Source of the DNA: Dehalococcoidia bacterium
GTDB lineage: Bacteria > Chloroflexota > Dehalococcoidia > Lucifugimonadales > JAGWBF01
Direction: 5' to 3'
NCBI GenBank assembly: GCA_965247295.1
Contig: CBDFGQ010000006.1
Span: 483,527-547,526 of the forward strand
DNA length: 64,000 bases
The position numbers and the translations under genes are program-made. The notes below the pieces were generated by a model, which saw nothing but the letters and a program-made list of their open reading frames with translations, had not been told where the DNA came from and made no database searches. Below, piece after piece: positions 18,976-28,998 of this stretch (position 1 is the first letter of the stretch; every line of letters begins with the position of its first letter).

Positions 18976-20742
18976 ATGACACTCACGTTGCGAAAAAAGA
19001 CGCTAATCGTCGTTACCGCGACGTTCATCGGTCTGATCGCGATCCTCTACTTAACGCTCCGGAGCATCATGATAAACAGCTTCGAGCAAGTGGAGGATAT
19101 GGACGTCCGCAAGGATGTCCAGCGTTTCCAAACAGCTCTTATCAACGGACTGGACGGGACCAGTCTGATTGCGGAAGACTACGCCCAATGGGACGTGACC
19201 TACGATTTCGTACTGGAGCCCAGCGAGGAGTACGTCCGTCTGTACCTCACAGACCAGACTTTCTCAGACGCACGTCTTAACCTGGTGCTGTACATTAACT
19301 CCGCAGGGGAGATTGTGTTCGGCAGCGGGTACGACCTGGAAAGTGGTGCACAAACTCCGGTGCCGGAGAGCGTGCTAACGCATCTGACGCCGGAAGGTCC
19401 CCTGCTGAACCACCCAGACCAGGGAAGGGGCCCACGGGGGTTGCTGTTGCTTGAAGAGGGCCCGATGCTGGTCGTCTCCGAATACATCCAGTCCAGCCTA
19501 GGAACGGGGCCCAGGGCGGGCTCGCTTATCCTGGGACGCTACCTGGATGCGGCGGAGGTGGACAGGCTGGGCAACCTTACGCTGCTGTCTCTCACCGTTC
19601 ATCGCTACAGCAACGAAGCGATGCCCCTGGACTTTCTGGAGGCTCGCTCCTCCCTTTCGTCGGAGGCCTCGACGGTGGTGCGTGCCCTAGGCGACGACTC
19701 CGTGGGCGGATATACCTTGGTGGAGGACATTTACGGGATGCCCATACTGCTGGTCCGGGTCGACATGCCGCGGGACGTGATAGCTCGTGGCCGCGATGCT
19801 CTTGCATACCTGCTCATCGCGTTGGTGGCCGTCGGCGTGGTGCTTGTTGCTGTCATCGCCTTCCTGCTGGACAAGCTGGTGGTGTCGCGAGTGTCCCGGC
19901 TCAACAGGGACGTGAGCGGCATCAGGTCCACCACCGACCTGTCGGCCAGGGTCGCGACCCAGGGTAGCGACGAGTTGTCTAACCTGGGCGGCGCCATTAA
20001 CGGCATGCTGGTCGGCCTGGAGGATGCCCACAAACGGGAAGAGGCGTACCTGGAGGAGATCACGGCAGAGCGGGAGAAGTCGGAGAGGCTGCTCCTCAAC
20101 ATCCTGCCCGTCCCGATAGCGGAGAGACTAAAACGTGGCGAAAGCACCATCGCCGACAGCTTCGCAGAGGTGAGTGTCCTATTTGCCGACGTGGTTGACT
20201 TCACCGGCTTATCGGCCCGAATACCCGCTAAGGAGCTTGTGGAGCTGCTAAATCAGGTATTCTCGGGATTTGATCGGCTGAGCGAGAAGCATGGTCTGGA
20301 GAAGATCAAGACCATCGGAGATGCATACATGGTTGTGGGTGGTCTACCGACTCCGCGACCGGACCACGCCGACGCCATCGCGGAGATGGCGCTGGATATG
20401 CAGGACCAGATAAAACGTTTCAATGTGGAGCAGGGCCATAGTTGTAGTATCCGAATAGGTATCAACACCGGGCCGGTCATAGCCGGGGTAATTGGGACCA
20501 AGAAGTTCATATACGACCTGTGGGGAGACGCAGTGAACACCGCGAGCCGTATGGAGTCCAACGGGATTGGGGGCTCCATTCAGGTGACTCCTGCGACCTA
20601 CGAGCGGCTGCGGGACAGGTTCCTGCTCGAGGAGCGGGGAGTGATCGAGGTGAAGGGTAAGGGAGAGATGCTGACTTACCTCCTCAAGGGGAGAAGGGTT
20701 GCGGTGGAGCATAAGCCCGCTCTGATAGACGCCGACAGCTGA
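18976..20742 (+). CDS. Membrane-bound sensor class III adenylate/guanylate cyclase (periplasmic sensor, HAMP, cyclase)
   Basis: N-terminal TM, extracytoplasmic domain, second TM, HAMP-like linker. Cyclase motifs FADVVDFTGLS and KTIGDAYMVVGG. Confidence 0.8.
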   Translation: MTLTLRKKTLIVVTATFIGLIAILYLTLRSIMINSFEQVEDMDVRKDVQRFQTALINGLDGTSLIAEDYAQWDVTYDFVLEPSEEYVRLYLTDQTFSDARLNLVLYINSAGEIVFGSGYDLESGAQTPVPESVLTHLTPEGPLLNHPDQGRGPRGLLLLEEGPMLVVSEYIQSSLGTGPRAGSLILGRYLDAAEVDRLGNLTLLSLTVHRYSNEAMPLDFLEARSSLSSEASTVVRALGDDSVGGYTLVEDIYGMPILLVRVDMPRDVIARGRDALAYLLIALVAVGVVLVAVIAFLLDKLVVSRVSRLNRDVSGIRSTTDLSARVATQGSDELSNLGGAINGMLVGLEDAHKREEAYLEEITAEREKSERLLLNILPVPIAERLKRGESTIADSFAEVSVLFADVVDFTGLSARIPAKELVELLNQVFSGFDRLSEKHGLEKIKTIGDAYMVVGGLPTPRPDHADAIAEMALDMQDQIKRFNVEQGHSCSIRIGINTGPVIAGVIGTKKFIYDLWGDAVNTASRMESNGIGGSIQVTPATYERLRDRFLLEERGVIEVKGKGEMLTYLLKGRRVAVEHKPALIDADS

Positions 20743-20827
20743 GCACCGTGCATTCCCGTCGGGGCCACTAGAGCCGGCTGGTGCTTAAGGGGCCGGTGAG
20801 GTATCCAGACACTGAAAGGACGTTCGT

Positions 20828-21304
20828 ATGGCTCACAAATATAGCGTGGGCGACAGGGTTAGGGTGAAGGACGAGGTGCCGGGTGGGAGCAACAGGACGC
20901 CGTTCTTTATCCGGGGCAAAAAGGGGGTAGTGGCCCACTATCACGGGCTGGCCGAGAACCCCAGAGACCTCGCTTATGGCGGCACCGGTGAACCCCCGCT
21001 GCCCCTGTACTCCGTATCCTTCCATCTGGCCCATCTGTACGACGAGGACCCGCAGCTAGTCCATGACCGGGTGCTGGTGGATGTGTGGGAGGACTGGCTT
21101 GAAGCCGTTTCGCCGGTCGCACCCTTGGGGCCGGCCATCGACAGGGAGGAGCACGAGCTGAGCTACTATGATAAGCGCACCTCCGCCCTCCAGAATTTGC
21201 TGCGCCAGAAAGGGCTAATTAATACGGACGAGACCCGGAGGCTGGTGGCCGAATTCGATTTCCGGAAGAAGGGTGCGTCTCACCCCATGGTGGACCCACC
21301 TTAA
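20828..21304 (+). CDS. Nitrile hydratase beta-subunit-like protein (SH3-like C-terminal domain only, plus helical tail)
   Basis: The first ~95 aa align by eye to the NHase beta C-terminal domain (GDRVRV...RTPFFIRGKKG...LYSVSF...VDVWEDWLE). Lies directly upstream of the alpha subunit. Confidence 0.6.
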   Translation: MAHKYSVGDRVRVKDEVPGGSNRTPFFIRGKKGVVAHYHGLAENPRDLAYGGTGEPPLPLYSVSFHLAHLYDEDPQLVHDRVLVDVWEDWLEAVSPVAPLGPAIDREEHELSYYDKRTSALQNLLRQKGLINTDETRRLVAEFDFRKKGASHPMVDPP

Positions 21305-21323
21305 AGCTAAAATATGGGAGGCA

Positions 21324-21962
21324 ATGATGGTCGAGGTTGAGCACGACGCGCTCCATATCCCCTTAGGGGACCACGAGGAGACCTACTACGAGAAGCGCAT
21401 CATCGCCCTGTGCAATCTGATGATGGACAAGGGAATCATATCGGCTCAGGAGCTCCTGGACGTCCTCAAGGAGAACGAGGAGATGAATCCGTCCATCGGG
21501 GCACGGGTAGTCGCCAGGGCCTGGGTGGACCCTGACTTCAAGCAGAGGCTCCTGAAGGACGGCAAAGGGACTCTAGGAGAGATGGGCATCCCCCTCAAGC
21601 GCCTCCAGGACCTCCGGGTGATGGAGAACACTGAGGCGGTGCACCACGTGGTCGTGTGCACCCTGTGCTCCTGCTATCCCATTCCCTTGCTGGGTCCGCC
21701 TCCGGAGTGGTACAAGAGCGAGGCCTACAGGTCGCGTGCGGCCAGGGAACCCCGAGCCGTGCTGACGGAGTTCGGGCTGAAACTGGACGACGATATCGAG
21801 GTCAGGGTCGTGGACGCCACCTCCGAGGTCCGATACCTCGTCCTTCCCCTGCGGCCGGCGGGCACGGAGGGAATGAGCGAAGGGGAGCTGGCGGCCCTGG
21901 TCACCCGGGACAGCATGATCGGGACGGGGCAAGCGCAGGAGCCGTTGTCCCAGACGGCGTAG
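21324..21962 (+). CDS. nthA: Nitrile hydratase alpha subunit, cobalt-type metal site
   Basis: VVCTLCSCYP metal-binding motif followed by WYKSEAYRSR. ATG at 21324 is preceded by GGGAGG; the ORF-track start at 21273 is probably too early. Confidence 0.85.
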   Translation: MMVEVEHDALHIPLGDHEETYYEKRIIALCNLMMDKGIISAQELLDVLKENEEMNPSIGARVVARAWVDPDFKQRLLKDGKGTLGEMGIPLKRLQDLRVMENTEAVHHVVVCTLCSCYPIPLLGPPPEWYKSEAYRSRAAREPRAVLTEFGLKLDDDIEVRVVDATSEVRYLVLPLRPAGTEGMSEGELAALVTRDSMIGTGQAQEPLSQTA

Positions 21963-22111
21963 GGATGCACTCACGCTAACCAGTCCTACCGGGGTCCGAT
22001 CGCGGGGACTTCCTCTTCTCGAACTCGGGGAGCATCCTGTCCCTGGATCGTCCGGGACTGAGAGCCTGTCCTGAGCTAGCCGAAGGATGAGGGAAATCAT
22101 CCCCATCCTAG

Positions 22112-22169
22112 CCTTCCCCCATCGAGGGGGAAGGTACATGACAAGCTCCTCTCCCCAGGTGGGAGAGGA
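22112..22169. repeat. Two adjacent 9-bp-stem hairpins (REP-like / bidirectional terminator region)
   Basis: ccttccccc-atcga-gggggaagg (22112-22134) and tcctctccc-caggt-gggagagga (22147-22169), between convergent genes. Confidence 0.3.
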
Positions 22170-22212
22170 TTGAGGTGAGGGCAAAGGGGCTTATGGCCGG
22201 GTCGTTTCTGGG

Positions 22213-23913
22213 CTAAATAACGGGATCGCCCAGGCCCCAGGTGTCGGGAAGCTCCGGGGTCGGTAAAGGTTTAATCATCACCTCCACCAGCGCGGCCTGG
22301 CCCTCCTCGGTGGCGGCGATGGCACGCTTGAAGGCTGGTACCAGCTCTCCGGGCTCCGCCACTCGTTCCGAATGTGCACCAAGGCCCCTGGCGACGGCGC
22401 TGAAATCTCCGCCCAGCTCCACCACGCTGCGGGGCGGCGCGCCGGGCTTGTCGATGCCCATCAGGCTTCCTCCGATGCCGCCGTTGTTAACGACGATGGT
22501 TAGTGTCGGGAGCTTCATGCGGACAGCCGTCTCAATCTCCATTCCGGTCATCCCAAAGGAGGAATCACCCAGGAGATGGACGACCAGGTGGTCCGGCCGG
22601 CCTAGCTTGGCGCCGATGGCGGCACCCATGGACCATCCCATCGCGGCCATGCCGCCCATGCTGATGTAGTTGCGTGGGCGTGTGGCAATCCAGAAGGGAG
22701 AGAGATACCCGCGGCTGCCCCCCGCGTCGTGGAGGGCGATGGTCCTATCCGGGTCAACCACCTGCATCAGGTCGTGGACTACTCGGTAGCCGTTGATGGG
22801 CGTGGTGTCGTCCGTGAGGGTGGGCATCCACTCGCCAAGCCACCTGGCCTTGGCCTGCTGAATCTCCGCCGTGACCTCCTCCTTGATTCCGCCCTTGCCC
22901 TTCCCCAGGCGCTCACGCACCGCGTTTATCAGGTCTCGCAGAGCCAGCTTGGCGTCGGCCAGTATGGCGATGTCCGCACGGTATATCTTGTTCAGGTCCT
23001 CCGGGTCGGCGTTGATGTGGACCAGCTTGACCCCGGTGGGGATGGGCCGTCCGTCGGTGGCGTTGGGCAATCGAAAGGAGTTGCCTACCGCCAGCACCGC
23101 GTCAGCCTTCCGGTTGATGTGGATCGCCGTCCCCGAGGCGTAGCGACTCTTTGGATACACTCCCCCGCCCATGGACAGGGGATGGTCTTCGGGGAAGGCG
23201 CCTTTCCCCACCAACGTGGTGGCAACGGGCATTGAGAGAAGCTCTGCTAACTCTTTCGCCTCCTCGGAGGCGTCGGCCGAGAGCACCCCGCCGCCCACGT
23301 TCATGATGGGGAAGCTGGCCCGGACCAGTATGTCGGCTGCCATATCGATGTCCCTTGGGTCTGCCGCGGCCTTCCGTCCCGGGCCAACGGGCTCGTAGTT
23401 GAGCTGCTCGGCCGGCGCTTCGGCCAAGAGCACGTCCTGGGGCATCTCCAGCACCACGGGTCCGGGGGAGCCCGAGCGCAGGGCCGTGAATGCCCGGCGG
23501 ATGACCTCGGGAATTTGCTCGACCCGGCTCATGGTCCCCTTCCACTTGACGAAGCCATCGAAAATGCTGGACGGGACCTCCTGCTGGATCTCCCTTCCCA
23601 TGCTGCCCAGGGGATGCTGGCCCATGAGCAGCAGGACGGGCACGTTATCGGCGTAGCAGCCCGCTATTCCGGTCAACGTGTTGGTGGCGCCGGGGCCGGT
23701 GCCAGTCATTGCCACGCCTACCTTGCCGGTAGCCCGGGCATAGCCGTCGGCGATATCCACGCCTGGCCGTTCATGGCGTGTGGAGAATGCCAGGATAGTT
23801 TCCGAGGCCCTTAAAGCAGGCCACAGGGGCGCCAGCCCTCCCCCGGAGAACCCGGCTATGTATTCGACGCCCTCCTTCTCCAGGGCGAGAATGACACCGT
23901 CTCCTCCGCGCAT
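22213..23913 (-). CDS. Thiamine-pyrophosphate-dependent enzyme (acetolactate synthase large-subunit-like family)
   Basis: N-terminal TPP-pyrimidine domain (GTGPGATN) and C-terminal TPP-binding GDSSFGM...NNGG motif. Confidence 0.8.
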   Translation of the reverse strand: MRGGDGVILALEKEGVEYIAGFSGGGLAPLWPALRASETILAFSTRHERPGVDIADGYARATGKVGVAMTGTGPGATNTLTGIAGCYADNVPVLLLMGQHPLGSMGREIQQEVPSSIFDGFVKWKGTMSRVEQIPEVIRRAFTALRSGSPGPVVLEMPQDVLLAEAPAEQLNYEPVGPGRKAAADPRDIDMAADILVRASFPIMNVGGGVLSADASEEAKELAELLSMPVATTLVGKGAFPEDHPLSMGGGVYPKSRYASGTAIHINRKADAVLAVGNSFRLPNATDGRPIPTGVKLVHINADPEDLNKIYRADIAILADAKLALRDLINAVRERLGKGKGGIKEEVTAEIQQAKARWLGEWMPTLTDDTTPINGYRVVHDLMQVVDPDRTIALHDAGGSRGYLSPFWIATRPRNYISMGGMAAMGWSMGAAIGAKLGRPDHLVVHLLGDSSFGMTGMEIETAVRMKLPTLTIVVNNGGIGGSLMGIDKPGAPPRSVVELGGDFSAVARGLGAHSERVAEPGELVPAFKRAIAATEEGQAALVEVMIKPLPTPELPDTWGLGDPVI

Positions 23914-23974
23914 GGCAACCTCCTTTTGCCTTGTATGGCTCTGTGGTCCCGTCAGGGGTGCCAGGCGTCGGCTG

Positions 23975-24724
23975 CTATCGGGCCGTTACCCCGCCGTCTA
24001 TGACCAGCTCAGACCCGGTCACGAAAGAGGACTCGTCGGAAGCCAGGTACAGGGCCGCGTAGGCGACGTCTTCGGCGGTTCCTATTCTCCCCAGGAGGGT
24101 GTTGGCCGCCGCTTCCGCACGGGACCCCGGCTCCGGTCGCACCTGGTCCAGCATGGATGTGTCTATGGTGCCCGGATGTATTGAGTTGGCCCTTATGCCC
24201 TCCATGCCGTACTGGACTGCCGTGCCCTTGGTCAGCAGCCGGACAGCCCCCTTTGAGGTGTTGTAAGCGGCGCTTCTGGCGTCCCCAACCAGGCCGGCCG
24301 CCGAAGAGATGTTGATGATGGAGCCCCCGCCGGCCTTTCGCATTTCGGGGATCGCCAGCTTGGTCCCCAGGAAGACGCCCTTGACGTTGACATCCATGAT
24401 CTGGTCCCATACCTCTACGGTGGTCTCCTCTACCTTGCCTCGTCTCCAAATCCCAGCGTTGTTGACCAGCACGTCGAGCTTGCCGTAGGTGGATACGGCG
24501 GCCTCGATGGCCTGGCCCCAGTCCGCTTCTCTGGTCACGTCGAGGTGCACGAACAGGGCTTCGCTTCCCGCCTCTCTGACCTCCGCCGCGACCTGTGTGC
24601 CTTCCTGGTCCAGGATGTCTCCGATGACCACCTTGGCCCCCTCCCGCGCGAAAAGCCTGGCCTCAGCGGCGCCCTGCCCCCGAGCCCCGCCACTGATAAG
24701 GGCCACTTTACCGTCAAGTCTCAT
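23975..24724 (-). CDS. Short-chain dehydrogenase/reductase (SDR)
   Basis: TGGARGQG cofactor motif, NNAG, S...YxxxK (YNTSK) catalytic motif. Confidence 0.9.
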   Translation of the reverse strand: MRLDGKVALISGGARGQGAAEARLFAREGAKVVIGDILDQEGTQVAAEVREAGSEALFVHLDVTREADWGQAIEAAVSTYGKLDVLVNNAGIWRRGKVEETTVEVWDQIMDVNVKGVFLGTKLAIPEMRKAGGGSIINISSAAGLVGDARSAAYNTSKGAVRLLTKGTAVQYGMEGIRANSIHPGTIDTSMLDQVRPEPGSRAEAAANTLLGRIGTAEDVAYAALYLASDESSFVTGSELVIDGGVTAR

Positions 24725-25638
24725 GTACTGATTGTTCCCACGTTCTGGGTGAAATACTCCTTAAACTGCTCGAGGTGGTCTAGATGTTCCTTCAGTGATC
24801 GTAGCCCGCCTCGCCTCGTTTCCACCGTGAGCCCCGTGGCCCCAATGTCCAGCCAGGCTCTGACCTGTCGGTCCCAGTCCTCGGTATCCCGGCCGGATAT
24901 TTTCACCCGGCACTCCATGCCGATGGAGGCCGGGTCCCGTCCAGCCTCTCGAGCGAACCCGTGGAGACGGGCGATGGCGTCCCGCCAGGGAGCATCGGAC
25001 CCAAAGAACTCGTTAGGGAACCAGCCGTCGGATATCCGGGCGATGCGGCGCAGCACCCGGTCACTGGGCAGGGGGGCCACCGGCCCGCCGGCGCCCATCC
25101 AGACGGGAATGGGTCGCTGCACGGGCAATGGATTGATTCCCGCGTCGGTTATGTGGTGCCAGCGGCCCGTGTAGCTGACCGTTTCCTGGGTCCAGAGGGC
25201 CCTCATCACCTCTATTTGCTCCTCGCTCCGAAGGCCCCGGTTGTGGAAATCCTCGCCCAGGGCGTCGAACTCCAGCTCGTTCCAGCCCACGCCGACTCCC
25301 AGGCGTAGCCGACCCCCGGACAGCACGTCCACCTCGGCCGCCTGTTTCGCCACCAGCGCCGTCTGCCGTTGAGGGAGGATAAGGATCCCGGTGGCCAGCC
25401 GCAGCCTTGTGGTAATGGCGGCGATGTAGCCCATCAGGGTGAGGGATTCGTGGACCAAGCTCTTGTGGGAATACTGGGCCCCTCCCAGCTCTGTATGGAA
25501 CCGGGGGTCGCCTCCCAGGACGTGGTCGGCGATGAACAGATGGGAGTAGCCCAGGTCCTCCACCGCCTTTACGTACTCCCGGATATTTAGAGGGTCGGCC
25601 CCGATCTCAGTCTGGGGAAAGATGGCTCCAACCTGCAC
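24721..25638 (-). CDS. Luciferase-like (LLM class) oxidoreductase, possibly F420-dependent
   Basis: LLM-type TIM-barrel sequence. Start chosen at GTG 25638, preceded by GAAGGGAGGG; the track ORF extends to 25752. Confidence 0.7.
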   Translation of the reverse strand: MQVGAIFPQTEIGADPLNIREYVKAVEDLGYSHLFIADHVLGGDPRFHTELGGAQYSHKSLVHESLTLMGYIAAITTRLRLATGILILPQRQTALVAKQAAEVDVLSGGRLRLGVGVGWNELEFDALGEDFHNRGLRSEEQIEVMRALWTQETVSYTGRWHHITDAGINPLPVQRPIPVWMGAGGPVAPLPSDRVLRRIARISDGWFPNEFFGSDAPWRDAIARLHGFAREAGRDPASIGMECRVKISGRDTEDWDRQVRAWLDIGATGLTVETRRGGLRSLKEHLDHLEQFKEYFTQNVGTIST

Positions 25639-25914
25639 GGGCGCCCTCCCTTCGGGGCCCCACCGTCCGGGCGATTTGGCAACGACGCGCCCCCGGTGCG
25701 GTCCGATAGGTAATCCTGGAAGACACTGCCTTATATGGAGTGAAGTATCCACGCTCGACGGAGTTCAGTCAATATGAGCTCGGGTCAATGGCCGGATTGC
25801 CCCCGACTTGCCGAGGAAGGGTGGCTGGGGTAGAGTAGGGAGGTTCTCCACCTGCCTGCAAGGGGTGGGTATGGGGCCGTTGAGAGTGCGGTGGTGCGAT
25901 CAGGAGGAGGGTAC

Positions 25915-26964
25915 ATGCGATTCGGCCACTTCTTTTATCCGATGAATTTCGACGCCTCGCGTGACTACCAGGCGATCGAGGACTGCCTGTACGAGGCGGA
26001 GTTGGTAGAGGAGTTGGGCCTGGATGCCATCTGGCTGGCCGAACACCACTTCACGGGGGAGGTGGTCTACGGGGATCCGCTGGTCTTCGCCAGCGCAATA
26101 GCTGCCAGGACCAAGCGCGTACTTCTGGGGTTCGGGATACTGGAGATGGCGCTGCACAACCCGGTCCGGCTGGCTATCCAGATCGCCCTGCTGGACAACC
26201 TGAGCCGCGGGCGGGTCGTGGTGGGAACGGGGAGGGGCTCCAACTACAATGCCTACGAGTACCTGGGCTTCGGCACCACCGTGGACGAGGGTCCCGAGCT
26301 GCTGGATGAGGCGGAGGACCTGTTGGTCAAGGCGTGGACGACGGAGAACCTGGACTACCACGGAAAGTTCTGGCGGGTTTCCCTGCCGGCCGTTCGTCCC
26401 AGGCCCTATCAGAAGCCACACCCTCCATTGGCGAGGGCGTACATCGGTGAGGAGTCGGTAAAGGCCATGGCGGCCATAGGCAGGCCGGTGCTCCTCCGGG
26501 GCCGCTCAACTGAGGCCCTTGGCCAGTCCCTTCAGATCTATCGCGACACCATGCTGGCTGCCGGGTTCTCGGAGCCAGAGGTGGAGGCGGCCCTAGACCA
26601 GTGCTGGGTCTGGCGCGAGACTTACCTGGCCGAGACCGATGGCCAGGCCATGGACGAATTTCTACCCGCGTTCCACGGCGCCTACGAGCGAATGGTGGAC
26701 CTCCGAGAGCGATGGAACCCTAAAGGCCAACCCGTCCCCGATCAGCCGCCGCCCCTTCCGCGCTCCGCCTACAAAACGGTTCCCGATCCCAGTGCCAACG
26801 AGGTCCTGGTGGGCTCCCCTCGCAGGGTGGGCGAGCAGCTAGCCCTGTTGAGGGACGTGGGAGCCCGAAACCTGATGCTGACTCACCGTGGACTCATGTC
26901 CCGGGAGCGTATTACATCATCCCTGCGGCTCCTCAGCGAGAAAGTAATGCCCCTCTTCCGATAA
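25915..26964 (+). CDS. Luciferase-like (LLM class) flavin/F420-dependent oxidoreductase
   Basis: MRFGHFFYP start, AWLAEHHF motif. ATG 25915 is preceded by AGGAGGAGG. Confidence 0.7.
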   Translation: MRFGHFFYPMNFDASRDYQAIEDCLYEAELVEELGLDAIWLAEHHFTGEVVYGDPLVFASAIAARTKRVLLGFGILEMALHNPVRLAIQIALLDNLSRGRVVVGTGRGSNYNAYEYLGFGTTVDEGPELLDEAEDLLVKAWTTENLDYHGKFWRVSLPAVRPRPYQKPHPPLARAYIGEESVKAMAAIGRPVLLRGRSTEALGQSLQIYRDTMLAAGFSEPEVEAALDQCWVWRETYLAETDGQAMDEFLPAFHGAYERMVDLRERWNPKGQPVPDQPPPLPRSAYKTVPDPSANEVLVGSPRRVGEQLALLRDVGARNLMLTHRGLMSRERITSSLRLLSEKVMPLFR

Positions 26965-26988
26965 GTCTGGTCACATTAGCCGCAGAGG

Positions 26989-27036
26989 CACGGAGACACA
27001 GAGAAGAGCCAATGAAAAGTTCTCAGTGTCTCTGTG
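26989..27036. terminator. Imperfect 17-bp inverted repeat between convergent genes (possible bidirectional terminator / REP-like)
   Basis: cacggagacacagagaa ... ttctcagtgtctctgtg with 2 mismatches, between the LLM gene stop (26964) and the lgt stop (27070). Confidence 0.3.
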
Positions 27037-27069
27037 GCAACCAGCGAGATCGAATGGAGTGCCCGCTAC

Positions 27070-28041
27070 CTATCGCTTGCTGCGGGAGCCCGCGGGCCGA
27101 GCGGGGGCCGGCCTCACGAGCTGGCCCTTGAGCAGCAGCAAGGGCACCGTTATCGCCAGCACAATTATGGCCACCACCTGGGCCTCTGTGATCCCTATGA
27201 ACCACTCTTTATCCATGGGAGGCGCGCCGCCCCTCAGATAGCTGACAAAGAATTTCCCCACTGAGTAGAGGGCTAGGTACAGGGCAAATAGCATCCCGGG
27301 GGGCCTCAGCCGGTTTCTCAGGGGCCAGATAATCGCCAGGACGGCCAGGACCCAGAGCATCTCGTAGGCAACCGCGGGGTGGCTGGGGGTGGCCCGGTGT
27401 AGCTGATTGCTTGGGCTCTCGGGGTGGGTGTAGACGAACCCCCAGGCCAGCTGGGTGACCTTGGCGACATGCTCTCCGTTGATGATGTCCCCTATCCTGC
27501 CCACCGCCATAGCTATGAGGATGGCGGGGGTTGTGAGGTCGGCTAGGCGTCCTATGGACGGCAGTGGAATCCTTTCTATGTTGCCCATCGCGAAGAGATT
27601 GCTTTTCCACAGTCGTACAAAAAGATAGTTCCATACTCCCACAATTACCTTGTTCCACAGCCCAAGAAAGCGGGGGTGGTTCCTCACCAGCATGTAACCG
27701 GCGGCGCCCACAAAACCACCGAGGATGGCGCCGTAGATGGTGATGCCGCCCTCGTAGATTTGGAAGATCCTGAGGAGATCGTGACGGTAGACGTCGTTCC
27801 AAAGGTCGATAACATGCAGTACCCTGGTGCCTACGATGCCGCCGATTATGGCCCAGGTAGCTACGGCATAGACGGGGTCGGTCGCCATGCCCTCTTTCTT
27901 GGCCCACCTGCCCACGAGGAATACGGCTAGGGCGACGGCGATGAAGGTCAAGAACCCGTGCCAGGTGAGGACCAAACCGCCTATTTCGAACATATTGGGG
28001 TCTAAGCCGATCTTGATGGTCATAGTGGGTAAAGAGAACAT
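27070..28041 (-). CDS. lgt: Prolipoprotein diacylglyceryl transferase
   Basis: Polytopic membrane protein with Lgt-like motifs (LTWHGFL, GRIGDIINGEH). Confidence 0.85.
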   Translation of the reverse strand: MFSLPTMTIKIGLDPNMFEIGGLVLTWHGFLTFIAVALAVFLVGRWAKKEGMATDPVYAVATWAIIGGIVGTRVLHVIDLWNDVYRHDLLRIFQIYEGGITIYGAILGGFVGAAGYMLVRNHPRFLGLWNKVIVGVWNYLFVRLWKSNLFAMGNIERIPLPSIGRLADLTTPAILIAMAVGRIGDIINGEHVAKVTQLAWGFVYTHPESPSNQLHRATPSHPAVAYEMLWVLAVLAIIWPLRNRLRPPGMLFALYLALYSVGKFFVSYLRGGAPPMDKEWFIGITEAQVVAIIVLAITVPLLLLKGQLVRPAPARPAGSRSKR

Positions 28042-28062
28042 GGTCTTGATTCTGCTCCTGAG

Positions 28063-28998
28063 TTAGCCTTCGCCAGTACTGCCCTGGGTCTCCAGCGTGT
28101 TATCAGAAAGATGGGATGGTTGCATTGTGGTTACACAATAGGCCCTGAGGTCCCTACTTTTCAAGGATTTCAATACTTCATCCCCCTCAGCTTTGTCCGT
28201 CACAAGTGCGTAGAGGGCGGGGCCGGTGCCTGATAGGTGGACTGTCCTTCCCCCCAGGACTTCCAGGAACTCCCCATGGAATCGTTCGTAGTCCAGGTGG
28301 TACCCAGGCGCCACAGCTTCGAAGACGTTGAACAGGTGCTCTTGGGCGAACCGGCCGCCAACAAGGGCATCCGCCAGTCCGCTGGTGTAGCTGCCGTCGG
28401 TGTAATGCGCCTGGCTGAGCAACGAATAGACCCTGCCCGTCTTTTGAGGCATCGAAATCCCCGCTTCCACAGCCCGGACTGGGGGACATGCGAGCACCAT
28501 CCATCGTTGGGGCATAGCGGGCAGCTCCGATATGACATCACCGCGGCCTTCACCCTTGGCCGTACCTCCTGCGAGGAAGAAGGGCACGTCGGCTCCCAGC
28601 GTAGCGGCTATAGAGCGAAGCTCCGTGTCTTCCAGTCCCAGCTCCCAGAAGCTGTTGAGGCCCTCCAGGGTAGCTGCGGCGTCGCTGCTCCCGCCGCCCA
28701 GACCCATGGCTATGGGTATGCTCTTATCCAGGTCGATCCTCACTCCACGATGGCATCCCGCAGCCACCCGCAGGGCCTGGGCCGCCTCCCAGACCAGGTT
28801 GCCTGCCCCATCCAACCCCGGCTCGCAACACTCCACCTGAATCTCCGTGCCAGGGCTGAAATGAAGCCGGTCCGCCAGGTCTATCGTCTGCAGAACCGTC
28901 CTCACCTCGTGGTAACCGTCGGGCCGCCGGCCCAGTACCTCCAGGGTGAGATTTACCTTGGCGAAGGCCCTAGCTTCCACGGCTCGGTCCGGCGCCAC
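28063..28998 (-). CDS. ispE: 4-diphosphocytidyl-2-C-methyl-D-erythritol kinase
   Basis: AFAKVNLTLEVLGRRPDGYHEV start and GHMP kinase motif GLGGGSSDAA. Confidence 0.85.
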   Translation of the reverse strand: MAPDRAVEARAFAKVNLTLEVLGRRPDGYHEVRTVLQTIDLADRLHFSPGTEIQVECCEPGLDGAGNLVWEAAQALRVAAGCHRGVRIDLDKSIPIAMGLGGGSSDAAATLEGLNSFWELGLEDTELRSIAATLGADVPFFLAGGTAKGEGRGDVISELPAMPQRWMVLACPPVRAVEAGISMPQKTGRVYSLLSQAHYTDGSYTSGLADALVGGRFAQEHLFNVFEAVAPGYHLDYERFHGEFLEVLGGRTVHLSGTGPALYALVTDKAEGDEVLKSLKSRDLRAYCVTTMQPSHLSDNTLETQGSTGEG

